A DNA stretch of 64,000 nucleotides from Calditrichia bacterium. GTDB lineage: Bacteria > Calditrichota > Calditrichia > JAJRVZ01. Below are positions 31,061 through 40,735 of this stretch, one piece after another; positions within the stretch are counted from its first letter, which is position 1, and each line of letters begins with the position of its first letter. The notes under the pieces are model-generated. The model was not told the origin of the DNA, made no database searches, and was given only the letters and a program-made list of their open reading frames with translations. The DNA is taken from contig CAWCNS010000005.1 in assembly GCA_963796965.1 (NCBI GenBank), forward strand, positions 704,001 to 768,000, written 5' to 3'. The position numbers were made by a program, and so were the translations under genes.

Positions 31061-34000
31061 TTAATTCACCACCACCGTCTGATTCAGCCCAGGAGCAGTG
31101 GCCGGCCAGACTAATTTCTTTCCCTCGGCCATCTTAGCCTCAATATAGTACTCAATATCCCCACCAGTTGCAGGGGGGAGTGTCGCTGAATAAACGGCCC
31201 GGGCCTGATGATCCAGATTTATCATGTAAAAATCGCTTTTTCCCATTTCTCGCCAAAATAAAACCGCTGACTGCGGCGCCTGACTATCCAGAATGATGAC
31301 CGGGATTTTCAGGGATTCTTTGGCACCTATCCTTGAGCGTCGTGTCAGTACAATCAGACGCCCGCCTCCCAGATAATCTTTAGTGGGGTGGATTTCTGCG
31401 GGTAACGGCTGCCCCAGAATCTCTTCCAACCTTTTATCATGAAGATCTAAGAAGTGTTCTTTGTTTGAATTTCGCCGCACATGCTGCTCGCAATTGGCTA
31501 CCGTACCCAACTCCCCTGGTGTTTGCACGGTCTGTAAAAGCAGGGTCATCATCGTTTCCCATTGACGGGCCATGGTTATCCTGATCTTTACCGCCTCTGT
31601 GGCAAGATTGCTGGTTTTTGAAGCCTCTTTGTTTTCTTTCATTTCTTCCATTATCTTATCCAAACGACCACGCGTGCACCCAATTTCCCCTACGGCACGC
31701 AAAAATTGAAACGTATTCAGCCAATAATCAAAACGGGAAAGATTTCCGGCACCTTCCACCTCCTCTCGCAGCATGGCCATTTCATCCACAAATTTGTATT
31801 TATCTTTTTCCTTATCCCAGGGAGTTTTATTAACCTTAATCCCACCCGGTCCGCCTATCCAATCAGATGGCCTTGGTAAATTGGTTTCCTTTTTCAGTGG
31901 ACTGTACGCCCCTCCATCAAGTCTGATAAACATCTCTCCCAGGGGCCCAGCCACTGCTTTGCCGAATTCGGCCCTGGCCCAATCCTGGTAAAAATCCACT
32001 ACAGGAAGATCTCTTGCTTTCTGAACTTTTTTTTGTAGAAGCCCGGGACCTTTCTCGTAATCCCTATAGTTTTGCCCTCCACAATTAATCTTTTTGACTA
32101 CAGCTGATGTTTTCGAATCCGTAATCACAATACCGGCTATACTTGGGTTGTCTTGCTTTCTCTCAAATTTAATATGGAGTCTGCCATTAACTACTTTGAT
32201 ATTTTTAACTTTTTTATCGAGAGCCGTCGAAAATCCGGCCATTGCGTAAATATCAAGATCCTTAATAGCGGGTTTGTTCTGAATCTTAACATCGAACACC
32301 CTCTTCCCATCTTCATGAAAATAAAGTTCACAAAATTTTAATTGCACGGTATATAGCCCATTTGGCAGATCAAGGTAATAATCATTCATAGCATAGGCCA
32401 TGGTTTTATAAATATCCTCTTCTGTCGTATTATTGATTTTTACGTCTGGAAAATCGGCATACAGCGCCTCTGCGCCCCCTTCAATTGAGGGTGGCTCTTC
32501 TTTTACCCAGGGTTTGCCAAAGTTCGTATTCCAGGTTTTTTGTTCCCAGGCTGCCCTTGCAAGCGCGGCCACATTGGGTGCCAAAACGGCCGTCCGCCAG
32601 TGGATACCCATCAGACCGGTACAGCCATAGGTCAACGCATCGGCAGCATCTTTGCGCATGCGCCCCACCCAGAGTTGGGGAATAATCATTGCCGGGTCAT
32701 CTTCCATCCAGGGAATGGCCCATTTCGGACGACCGGAGATATCCGCGAAGCCCTCTTCCACCCAATCAAAACCTACATAGCGGTTGATGCAGCTGAGGGG
32801 CACATCTTTGGGTAAAGTTTTATCAAATAAGGTCCGATCCTGGGGAGGACCAAGAACCCATCCACTTGTGGCAAAACCGAAGGGTTTACCGATTTTTTCC
32901 AAGGCAGTCATAGCCAGATCCATATCCCTCATCGCAGCCTTAACTTCTTCATCTTTTGTCCCCGACCAGGTCCAGCCCTCCGGTGTCCATAACCAGTAAT
33001 AATCTATCGGGTAAGATTTTGCAATCCGTTTAAACATTCCTTCATAAAGTTTTTGCACGGTCTTCGGGTCTTTTGGATTTTTTCCTTTTTTACGCAGATA
33101 TTTTTCTAAGGCAGATGGAATCGTGAGCGGCGTCTCTGTTCCAATGACCACTTTTAAACCCATATCACGCCCATACGAAAAAACGTCATTTAAAAAATCG
33201 CCAGCACGATTAAAAACCGCATTGTTGTCCTCCAGGTTTTTAGGCACGGGACGATAACCATCGGTCACAGGCGAGCCAAAATCATCATCCGGGAAGAGCA
33301 ATCCCGCTCCGGCAGCAAATTCACTGGTAGGGGTTTTTGCATAGCCCCACGATCCACCTGTACTGCTGGCCCATCGGCTGGGATAACTGTATTTGACTGT
33401 TCCATCATCATTTACATCATCAGCTAATCCTATCCAGACCAGGGGTTCCGGGCCCACACCTCCTTCGGGATAACAGTGAAAGCCGATCCAGTTCATCCTC
33501 ATTTTTACTATTTGAGACATGTAGGTCTTATAATCATCGGCAGTCCACCAGTCCGGTCCCTCCGTAAAATCATGAAAAGGTTGAATGCCCCGGTCCGCAA
33601 AGAGCGGAGAATGGCGTTCATCTATGTCCGGGAGTGATAAACTCATCTTCTCATCGGGTATCACATCGCCATGTAGATAAAAGCGCACACCCAAATGTTC
33701 TGCAAATCGGTAGGAAGCATAGAGGGTACCAATTTCACTTCCACCATTTAGGAGAAGTACTTTCTTTCCATTTAAACTGATGGTTTTCAGAATGAATTCT
33801 TCTTCATTTAAGTCTAAATTTACCTCGGCCATCACCTCTTTAAGAAGTGTCCTGTCACTCCTGGCAACGACGATAAGATCTTTCTCATTATTTTCAAGAG
33901 TATTTGACTGCTTCAATGGTAGTAACTTCCCGGTACGTTGATAAACATAGCGGCGCACTTCTTTTGCTGCCAGGGATTCATTTTTTGAGGCATTTTGTGG

Positions 34001-34096
34001 ATATACGATTACCACTTCTCTCTCACCCAACTCACATGACGTATTCAAAATAAGCATCGCTATACCAAAATATAATATAATGTTTTTTTTCATCAT
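31061..34096 (-). CDS. Lipoprotein, putative glycoside hydrolase with GH20/GH67-like N-domain and inserted malectin domain
   Basis: Lipobox-like NTSC; EEFILKT...GTLYASY; RGIQPFHDF; malectin-like YTVQLKFCELY...RVFDVKI...DLDIYA. Confidence 0.8.
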   Translation of the reverse strand: MMKKNIILYFGIAMLILNTSCELGEREVVIVYPQNASKNESLAAKEVRRYVYQRTGKLLPLKQSNTLENNEKDLIVVARSDRTLLKEVMAEVNLDLNEEEFILKTISLNGKKVLLLNGGSEIGTLYASYRFAEHLGVRFYLHGDVIPDEKMSLSLPDIDERHSPLFADRGIQPFHDFTEGPDWWTADDYKTYMSQIVKMRMNWIGFHCYPEGGVGPEPLVWIGLADDVNDDGTVKYSYPSRWASSTGGSWGYAKTPTSEFAAGAGLLFPDDDFGSPVTDGYRPVPKNLEDNNAVFNRAGDFLNDVFSYGRDMGLKVVIGTETPLTIPSALEKYLRKKGKNPKDPKTVQKLYEGMFKRIAKSYPIDYYWLWTPEGWTWSGTKDEEVKAAMRDMDLAMTALEKIGKPFGFATSGWVLGPPQDRTLFDKTLPKDVPLSCINRYVGFDWVEEGFADISGRPKWAIPWMEDDPAMIIPQLWVGRMRKDAADALTYGCTGLMGIHWRTAVLAPNVAALARAAWEQKTWNTNFGKPWVKEEPPSIEGGAEALYADFPDVKINNTTEEDIYKTMAYAMNDYYLDLPNGLYTVQLKFCELYFHEDGKRVFDVKIQNKPAIKDLDIYAMAGFSTALDKKVKNIKVVNGRLHIKFERKQDNPSIAGIVITDSKTSAVVKKINCGGQNYRDYEKGPGLLQKKVQKARDLPVVDFYQDWARAEFGKAVAGPLGEMFIRLDGGAYSPLKKETNLPRPSDWIGGPGGIKVNKTPWDKEKDKYKFVDEMAMLREEVEGAGNLSRFDYWLNTFQFLRAVGEIGCTRGRLDKIMEEMKENKEASKTSNLATEAVKIRITMARQWETMMTLLLQTVQTPGELGTVANCEQHVRRNSNKEHFLDLHDKRLEEILGQPLPAEIHPTKDYLGGGRLIVLTRRSRIGAKESLKIPVIILDSQAPQSAVLFWREMGKSDFYMINLDHQARAVYSATLPPATGGDIEYYIEAKMAEGKKLVWPATAPGLNQTVVVN

Positions 34097-34141
34097 ATCT
34101 CCTTTGTCTCCTCATAGAATGGAATGATGGAGTTTATAATA

Positions 34142-35986
34142 TTATTGCCCTATATCAGCCATTTTTATTCTCCAATTATCCGCAGGAATTACCTGAATTT
34201 CACGTGGTGATGCGTTTAAAAAATCAATCTTATAGGGTCCCTGAGAGTTTAATATTAGATTATTTTTTACAATTACATTTGCGCAGGAGGTAAAGGACAA
34301 CAACGGCTGATCTGTGTTAACGAGCTCAACGCGGTTTCCCTGAAAAAGGATTCCTTTAGACCCCAGGGCCCTGAGCAGGGGCACTTCCGTTTCTTTCTGT
34401 ATAAACATGTTATTTACTATCTTTATATTTTTATATACTGGTTTTTTATAATCCAACTCATTTGCTTGAGGATTCAAGGCTATCACTGCCTGCTCGGCCA
34501 ATTCCCCACATTCATAAAAAACATTATTACCGATAGTCAGATCTTCCACATTTCCCTGCAAATTATAGGGAGGGTCCGGGGTTTTAATCAGGATAGCCGG
34601 CATGGGGGCGCGATGGAAAATATTATTTTCGATGACCGATTTTCTACTGCTGTACATCAGAATTGATCGCGTCGGAACCCGCCCCAAATAATTATTACGA
34701 ATTTCAACCAGATCGGGTATTTTTGTTCTGTTCTCCAGAATCATCCCTTCGACTTCACCTTCTATCTCCTTTTCCAATGTTATCAGGAAATGCATTTTCT
34801 CAGCCCATTCCGTTTTAACCACACGATTATAAATAACAGGTAGCAATGTCAGGGGATCATTGAGGGTAATTTCATCTCCCTCAGCAAACATATCAATATC
34901 ACATTGTTGCTCTTTGCTGCTAAATGAAGCGCGAATGGTTCGCGGTTCTTCTTTGGCTTCTATCATCATCTGATTGCCATACATATTCATATGGTCATCC
35001 TGCAAACCTACCAACCGGCAACTTTCTACCAGGATATTACCACTCGATCCGCAGAGATGAAAGCCATCCGCAAAGGAAGCACAGGTGCGTCCTGATGCGG
35101 GATCAGGTTCCATCTTAACCCGTCGAAAGGTAAGATCTTTGGAAAATTGACTCAGGAATCCCAACCCAGGGCTGAAGCGTACAGTCACATCCCGCCATTC
35201 TACCCGGATTGATTTATATATTAAAGCGCCCTGGTTCTTGCGGATCGCAAATCGGGTTTGATAAATAAGTCCTATTCGCGTTTCAGGTTTATGACTAAAA
35301 TAAAACTTTACATTTCCATTTGATGTTTCTTCACTCCTGGTAGCTGCCTTCGAGGGATCCCAGGTGCGGCGGGTGATATCTTTCTGTGGATCAAACCATT
35401 GGGCTGTACCGGCTTTATAAGTTTCGCCATCGGCATTAATCCACCAGAATCCTCCCTGTTCATCAATATGATACTTGGAATCCGGGTGAATTTGCACATC
35501 CATCCAGTTTTCACCAACATCCACAACCTGAAACTCGGAGACATTAGGTCGGATATGGTCAACAATAATATCTTTAATCAGAACATTTTCACTGTTTACA
35601 ATAGCGATGGGGGTCATCTCCCCATGAATGAGGAATGTGGAGCTGTCACCCGATAAGGTAATATTTTTCTGATCTTTGAGATGGATGGCTATGGTGAAAT
35701 CCCAGCATTGATGGATCCCGGAGACCATGTACCGGGTTGTATCCGCTGTCTGTTTATAAAAATCATAACGGCCCTTGGGGAAATGTAGGATAACAGCCCC
35801 TTCCAGGCTCCTGGCCTTTTCCAAGGCAGTTCTTACTGCAAGACAGGCATCTTTCCCTGAATTCGGAAGGATACCATAATCAGTAATATTAAGGGTATCC
35901 GTCTCTCCCTGGGAGGCAATAATTCGCATGGGAATCATAAAAAACATTACCAAGCAGAGGCCGGTAAATAAATGTGTGGAGGTCAT
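34142..35986 (-). CDS. GH110-like alpha-galactosidase (right-handed beta-helix)
   Basis: Signal peptide; FPKGRYDF; ADGFH...QDDHMN. Confidence 0.75.
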   Translation of the reverse strand: MTSTHLFTGLCLVMFFMIPMRIIASQGETDTLNITDYGILPNSGKDACLAVRTALEKARSLEGAVILHFPKGRYDFYKQTADTTRYMVSGIHQCWDFTIAIHLKDQKNITLSGDSSTFLIHGEMTPIAIVNSENVLIKDIIVDHIRPNVSEFQVVDVGENWMDVQIHPDSKYHIDEQGGFWWINADGETYKAGTAQWFDPQKDITRRTWDPSKAATRSEETSNGNVKFYFSHKPETRIGLIYQTRFAIRKNQGALIYKSIRVEWRDVTVRFSPGLGFLSQFSKDLTFRRVKMEPDPASGRTCASFADGFHLCGSSGNILVESCRLVGLQDDHMNMYGNQMMIEAKEEPRTIRASFSSKEQQCDIDMFAEGDEITLNDPLTLLPVIYNRVVKTEWAEKMHFLITLEKEIEGEVEGMILENRTKIPDLVEIRNNYLGRVPTRSILMYSSRKSVIENNIFHRAPMPAILIKTPDPPYNLQGNVEDLTIGNNVFYECGELAEQAVIALNPQANELDYKKPVYKNIKIVNNMFIQKETEVPLLRALGSKGILFQGNRVELVNTDQPLLSFTSCANVIVKNNLILNSQGPYKIDFLNASPREIQVIPADNWRIKMADIGQ

Positions 35987-36001
35987 CTTACGTTTCTCAA
36001 C

Positions 36002-37783
36002 TCACTCCTCCAACAATTCCTGTAGAAGCGGTTCAATCTGCTCAGCCCAGGTTTCATAGCCTGCCGGTCGCAAATGCAGACAATCATCAGCCATTAATGA
36101 TTTGTTTGATCTGCCATCAGGATGTAAGAAGGCCTTTCCGATATCAATGAAGAACACCGCTTTTTGGTCATCATTTCTTTGGATGGCGGTATTTATGTTT
36201 GCTATCTTTTGGCGGTAAGGATCATCTGGCTTCTCTCCCCGAGGCAGAATACCCATCAGAATTATTTTTGTATTGGGAAGTTTGCGCCGCAGATTAAGAA
36301 CAACCCGATCAATACCGGCACTAATTTCAGCGGGTGTGTTATCATTCAGATTATTTGTTCCGATCAGAAGAACAACCACTTTAGGTGAGATTGAATCAAA
36401 ATTTCCGTTAGCAATTCGCCATAAAAGATGCTGTGTGCGATCACCTGAGATTCCGAATCCCGCAGCATTCCTATCCTGGTAATAGTTCTGCCAGGCCTTT
36501 CCTCCTACAGATCCGACATACCTTCCTTCACCGCCGCCCCATGACTGGGTGATGGAATTGCCTAAAAAGACAAGATCAACATCCCTCGATTCACCGATTT
36601 TATTTATATCTTTATGTTGATCCATCCAGGTACCACCCCGAAGCCACCCGGCTGCCCTTGCCCGGTCTTCCTGACTCGGTACGGGTATAACCGCCGAATT
36701 TGTCTTTTCCTGAAGGTTAATCTTACAGACATAGCTAACGGTTCGTTTACCTCCAAAAACATTCCATCCCGAGGGCGCATAAAAATAGGCCGGTTCTCCA
36801 TCAATAGTTAATATTTTCGGTCTCTCAAATTTTGGATCGCCACCGTATATTATTGTAACATCCTCTTCTTTATAATCCGTATAATATGTTGGGATAAGAT
36901 CGAAGCCTATTTTTATTGTTCTAGGATTAAGCGCATAGATATCATCAACGGACCAGAGAATCCCCCCGCCTTTTATACCTGTATATTCACCAAAATTATC
37001 ATCTGCGATCATGTAAAGTTTTTCTTGCCATTTAAATGTATTCGGATCCTCAAAAAAGAAATCCGCATCGGTTACTGGTTTATTCTGAATCAGGTACGGT
37101 CCTTCCAGATGATCTGCAAGGGCTAAACCATATTTTGTTTTCCGATCGGCTGTGCGGGTCTTAAAATAAATGCCAAATTTCCCTTTCCTTTCAAAGAAGG
37201 TTGGATTGGCCACCCCATTGGTGGATCCATAGGTCCAATGTTTCGGATTGTTTGACTTTTCAATGATCATACCATCCTTACCGACTTTCTTCCAGGGTCC
37301 ATAAAGGGACTTTGAGATAACCATGCCGATCCGTTGATTTTCCGGATGGGGTGGTTGACGATAATCCGTATTAGCAATATAGACAAGAACATAATGATCC
37401 CCCACTTGTTTAATCTCCGGATTGTGCGGGCCATATTTATCCCAGCCATCCGCACCGCTTCCTTTTACAACCACACCTTCAAATTGGAACGGCCCCTCAG
37501 CATGAGTAGCCACATAATGAGCAATCTCACTGGATTTTCGCCAACCCGGTGTAACATTCATCTCCGGCCAACGGGCAACAAAAAGATGAACCTCTCCACT
37601 TCTATCCATGATGGGCGAACTCCCCCATATTGAATAATTTTCTTCGGCAACCGCCACACCCTTCCATTCCAGGTTTTTGGCAATATCAGACAAAGGCAAT
37701 TTTGCCTCAGACTGCCCAGAGCAGGTGCCCATGACCAGGATTAGCAGCCCCATCAGGCAAATAAACAAAGGTTGATTACTCAA
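36002..37783 (-). CDS. Five-bladed beta-propeller glycoside hydrolase (GH43-like) fused to an SGNH/GDSL acetylesterase
   Basis: WGSSP, HNPEI, NPT, EDP, ERP in the N-half; FLGNSIT, GISGDRT, IGTNN, DCLH in the C-half. Confidence 0.85.
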   Translation of the reverse strand: MSNQPLFICLMGLLILVMGTCSGQSEAKLPLSDIAKNLEWKGVAVAEENYSIWGSSPIMDRSGEVHLFVARWPEMNVTPGWRKSSEIAHYVATHAEGPFQFEGVVVKGSGADGWDKYGPHNPEIKQVGDHYVLVYIANTDYRQPPHPENQRIGMVISKSLYGPWKKVGKDGMIIEKSNNPKHWTYGSTNGVANPTFFERKGKFGIYFKTRTADRKTKYGLALADHLEGPYLIQNKPVTDADFFFEDPNTFKWQEKLYMIADDNFGEYTGIKGGGILWSVDDIYALNPRTIKIGFDLIPTYYTDYKEEDVTIIYGGDPKFERPKILTIDGEPAYFYAPSGWNVFGGKRTVSYVCKINLQEKTNSAVIPVPSQEDRARAAGWLRGGTWMDQHKDINKIGESRDVDLVFLGNSITQSWGGGEGRYVGSVGGKAWQNYYQDRNAAGFGISGDRTQHLLWRIANGNFDSISPKVVVLLIGTNNLNDNTPAEISAGIDRVVLNLRRKLPNTKIILMGILPRGEKPDDPYRQKIANINTAIQRNDDQKAVFFIDIGKAFLHPDGRSNKSLMADDCLHLRPAGYETWAEQIEPLLQELLEE

Positions 37784-38018
37784 TTTCTATCTTTCTCCTA
37801 ATTTGATCTTTCGTAGTGTCAAAAATAATATAATTGTTTAATATTATAGTCTTCTTTAACGCTGAGAGCATGGACCTGATGCGCACCCTCCGGGTGGGTG
37901 TCCCGTTTTACGGGATCAAAAATCGTTTGAACCACGAAGTACACGAAGAGCACGAAGAAAAAATACTAAAATAGACTTCGTGGTCTTCGTGGTAAATAAA
38001 AAAGTGTATGAATCATCC

Positions 38019-40424
38019 CTATTCCACTAAAAGTTCATCGACAAACAGCCAGGCTTTACGCCCAGAACCGGGATGCCATTCCGGGCAGACAGATAAATTA
38101 TTTACCTGAATTCGCAGATACTGTGTTATCACCGGATCAAAAGTGATGGGAATATCCCTAAGAGAATCCGTATCATGCCGCGTGGCTGACTCGATCATCA
38201 CCTCCCCTATGGATTTATATGATTTACCATCTTCCGATGAAAAGACCTCCACTTTTTGGGGGAGAAAAATAAAATGGTCCTGATTCTCCATGGTACCAAC
38301 AGTCACACGTGAAATGGTAGTCTGCTCGCCCATATCAATAGTTCCAATAAGATCATCACCTTCAAATCCCATCCATTTTGTATCCGCATAAGCCAGGGAC
38401 CCACGCAGGCAATCCGTTAATACCCCTTCATTAGCAGGGGGATATCTATCATTCCAGGAAAATTTGAGGGTGATAGGTAGACCTGCGGCCAGATGGACCT
38501 TTAATTCTCGCTGTGTGACCTTATTTAGCAGGGTATTATTTCTGAATGAACCCGCTTTAATTAAGGTGGTATTTGATACACGTACAGGCTGTATATATTT
38601 TGGAGAATCAGCTGTTGGCTCTCCGCTATCCAGAGTATAATGGATCGGGACCTGACCATGTTCGGTACTCAGCACCAGATCAAATTCCGAGGTACCCGCT
38701 TGGGGTAGCACCTCAACCGAAACATTATACATGCTACGCGCATAGCCTACACCTAAATAATCAAGCCTTTTAAGGTTATGTTCCAGACGGCGCACAAAAT
38801 CATCCCATTGACGTTTTTCCGCTGGTGTCCAGGTTACCTCCGCGATGGCTAAAAGTCTGGGAAAAAGCATGTAGTTGTAGTGGTCTTCATTTTGAATCGA
38901 CTCCCCCCATAAATTTCCCTGCGAACCAAGGATATGCCTGGCCTGGTCTGGGGACAATTCTGAAGGGACAGGGTCATAACCATAGGCTGCACTCAACCAA
39001 CATTGACTATATCCTAATTCGGGCTCTAATTGTGGATCACCTTGTTTAAGATCTAAATAGCAATATGCAGTAGGTGTCATAACCACATCGTGACCCTGCT
39101 TTGCTGCAAAGATACCTCCTTTTTCTCCCCGCCAGGACATCACCGTTGCATTGGGCGCCAGCCCTCCTTCCAAAATCTCATCCCAGCCGATTAATTTCTT
39201 TCCCCGCGCATTTACCAATGTCTCAACGCGTCGAATAAAATAGCTCTGTAATTCATGTTCATTCTTTAATCCCTCATCGACTATCCGTTTTTGACAATCA
39301 GGACAGACTTTCCACGCATCTTTATTACATTCATCCCCCCCAACATGAAAATATGCATCGGGAAATAATTCAAATACCTCTTCCAGCAAATTGTCGATAA
39401 ACTCAAACGTTACTTCCTTACCGGGGCAATAGGTATTTCCAGAAGCTACCCCACCCGTGGCAACATAATAGGGGCCACCATCGCAGGATATTTCCGGATA
39501 GGCGGCAATAGCAGCCTGGGAATGTCCAGGCATGTCGATTTCCGGAACGATCGTAATAAATCTCTCCTCAGCATATTTTACAATTTCCTTTATCTCTTTC
39601 TGGCTGTAATAACCGCCATAAGTGGCTTCTTCATCCTCTTTCGCTGGCTCGCGGCCCCACCAGGCTTCTTCATTCCGGTCTACCCGCCAGGCGCCAACCT
39701 CTGTTAGTTTGGGGTATTTCTTGATCTCCAGGCGCCAACCCTGATCATCGGTCAAATGCCAGTGAAAAACATTCATCTTATAACGGGCCATATAATCGAT
39801 ATTCTTCCGCACGAGATCAAGCGGCAGAAAATGCCGGCTAACATCCAGCATCTCACCTCGCCAGAGGAAACGGGGTTTATCGCTAATCTCGATACATGGA
39901 ATCTGCCAGGAGTCAGATTGGACAGTACTGTCCTCTAATTGGACGGGAAACAACTGGCGCAAGGATTGCAAGCCATAAAAAAGACCGGCAGGAGTATTTG
40001 CATTTATCTTTATAACAGCGGATTTGACCTTTAGATGATATCCTTCCTGACCTAATTCTGCTGAAGAATCGCTTAAGGAGAAAATTATCTCCCCTGCTCC
40101 CTGACTTCCGCCGACTGTTTTTAATTGGAAACTGGATGCAAAACTGATTATCTGGTTAAAATACGATGCTAACCAGAGTAATTCCGGATTGGTTTCATCG
40201 ACGACAATCTTTGTGTACCCATCAAGCAGAAAATACCCTTCTCCACTTTCTGCCATTTCAGGCTTTGGAATAATATTCATCATTTCACTCTTTTTCCCTG
40301 TTGTTTGCGTACCGCATGAAATTAATAGGCCTATAAGGAATAATAATAAAGATGTTTTAAATCCTGACATGTTTATGTTTTTAATGTTTATTCGCTTTTT
40401 ACACTTTGTATGATATCGATACAT
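38019..40424 (-). CDS. GH20 beta-N-acetylhexosaminidase lipoprotein with Fn3-associated and F5/8-like C-terminal domains
   Basis: MLDVSRHF, HWHLTDDQGWR, PEIDMPGH, HVGGDE; lipobox LISC; likely start at MSGFK. Confidence 0.96.
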   Translation of the reverse strand: MYRYHTKCKKRINIKNINMSGFKTSLLLFLIGLLISCGTQTTGKKSEMMNIIPKPEMAESGEGYFLLDGYTKIVVDETNPELLWLASYFNQIISFASSFQLKTVGGSQGAGEIIFSLSDSSAELGQEGYHLKVKSAVIKINANTPAGLFYGLQSLRQLFPVQLEDSTVQSDSWQIPCIEISDKPRFLWRGEMLDVSRHFLPLDLVRKNIDYMARYKMNVFHWHLTDDQGWRLEIKKYPKLTEVGAWRVDRNEEAWWGREPAKEDEEATYGGYYSQKEIKEIVKYAEERFITIVPEIDMPGHSQAAIAAYPEISCDGGPYYVATGGVASGNTYCPGKEVTFEFIDNLLEEVFELFPDAYFHVGGDECNKDAWKVCPDCQKRIVDEGLKNEHELQSYFIRRVETLVNARGKKLIGWDEILEGGLAPNATVMSWRGEKGGIFAAKQGHDVVMTPTAYCYLDLKQGDPQLEPELGYSQCWLSAAYGYDPVPSELSPDQARHILGSQGNLWGESIQNEDHYNYMLFPRLLAIAEVTWTPAEKRQWDDFVRRLEHNLKRLDYLGVGYARSMYNVSVEVLPQAGTSEFDLVLSTEHGQVPIHYTLDSGEPTADSPKYIQPVRVSNTTLIKAGSFRNNTLLNKVTQRELKVHLAAGLPITLKFSWNDRYPPANEGVLTDCLRGSLAYADTKWMGFEGDDLIGTIDMGEQTTISRVTVGTMENQDHFIFLPQKVEVFSSEDGKSYKSIGEVMIESATRHDTDSLRDIPITFDPVITQYLRIQVNNLSVCPEWHPGSGRKAWLFVDELLVE

Positions 40425-40447
40425 ACCACTCCTTATTGGAACTAAAA

Positions 40448-40494
40448 TGTCATTCTGTCCAAAGGACTCCGTGGGAGAACTTGTTTCAGAATCT
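40448..40494. repeat. TGTCATnCTGAACTTGTTTCAGnATCT palindromic element interrupted by a 20-bp insert; other copies 47507..47533, 49891..49972, 55739..55797
   Basis: Direct comparison of the four loci. Confidence 0.85.
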
Positions 40495-40504
40495 AAGAGA
40501 GGAT

Positions 40505-40593
40505 ATTCAACCCCTTCAGGGTTGTTTCCATTATTGCGTTATCATTTCCCAGGGCGCTGCCCTGGGCTGATCTCTTTTTCCCTTTCAGGGAAT
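40505..40593. repeat. About 90-bp palindromic element, copy 1
   Basis: ATTCAACCCCTTCAGGGTT...TTCCCAGGGCGCTGCCCTGGGCT...CCCTTTCAGGGAAT. Confidence 0.85.
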
Positions 40594-40700
40594 TGGTAAA
40601 TGGAGAGAATTATCACTCTTCAAAAAATACCCTCAACCCTCTACTCTCTACTGTTTTTCACTCCTCTCTTTTCCATCGGTTTTGTGCCTGATGATCAATC

Positions 40701-40723
40701 GACGCACGACTGTGCGTCGCTAC
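40701..40723 (-). repeat. GTAG-headed REP-like palindrome; second copy 43818..43840
   Basis: Minus strand GTAGCGACGCACAGTCGTGCGTC versus GTAGCGACGCACGGCCGTGCGTT. Confidence 0.8.
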
Positions 40724-40735
40724 TCCCTCTACGCT

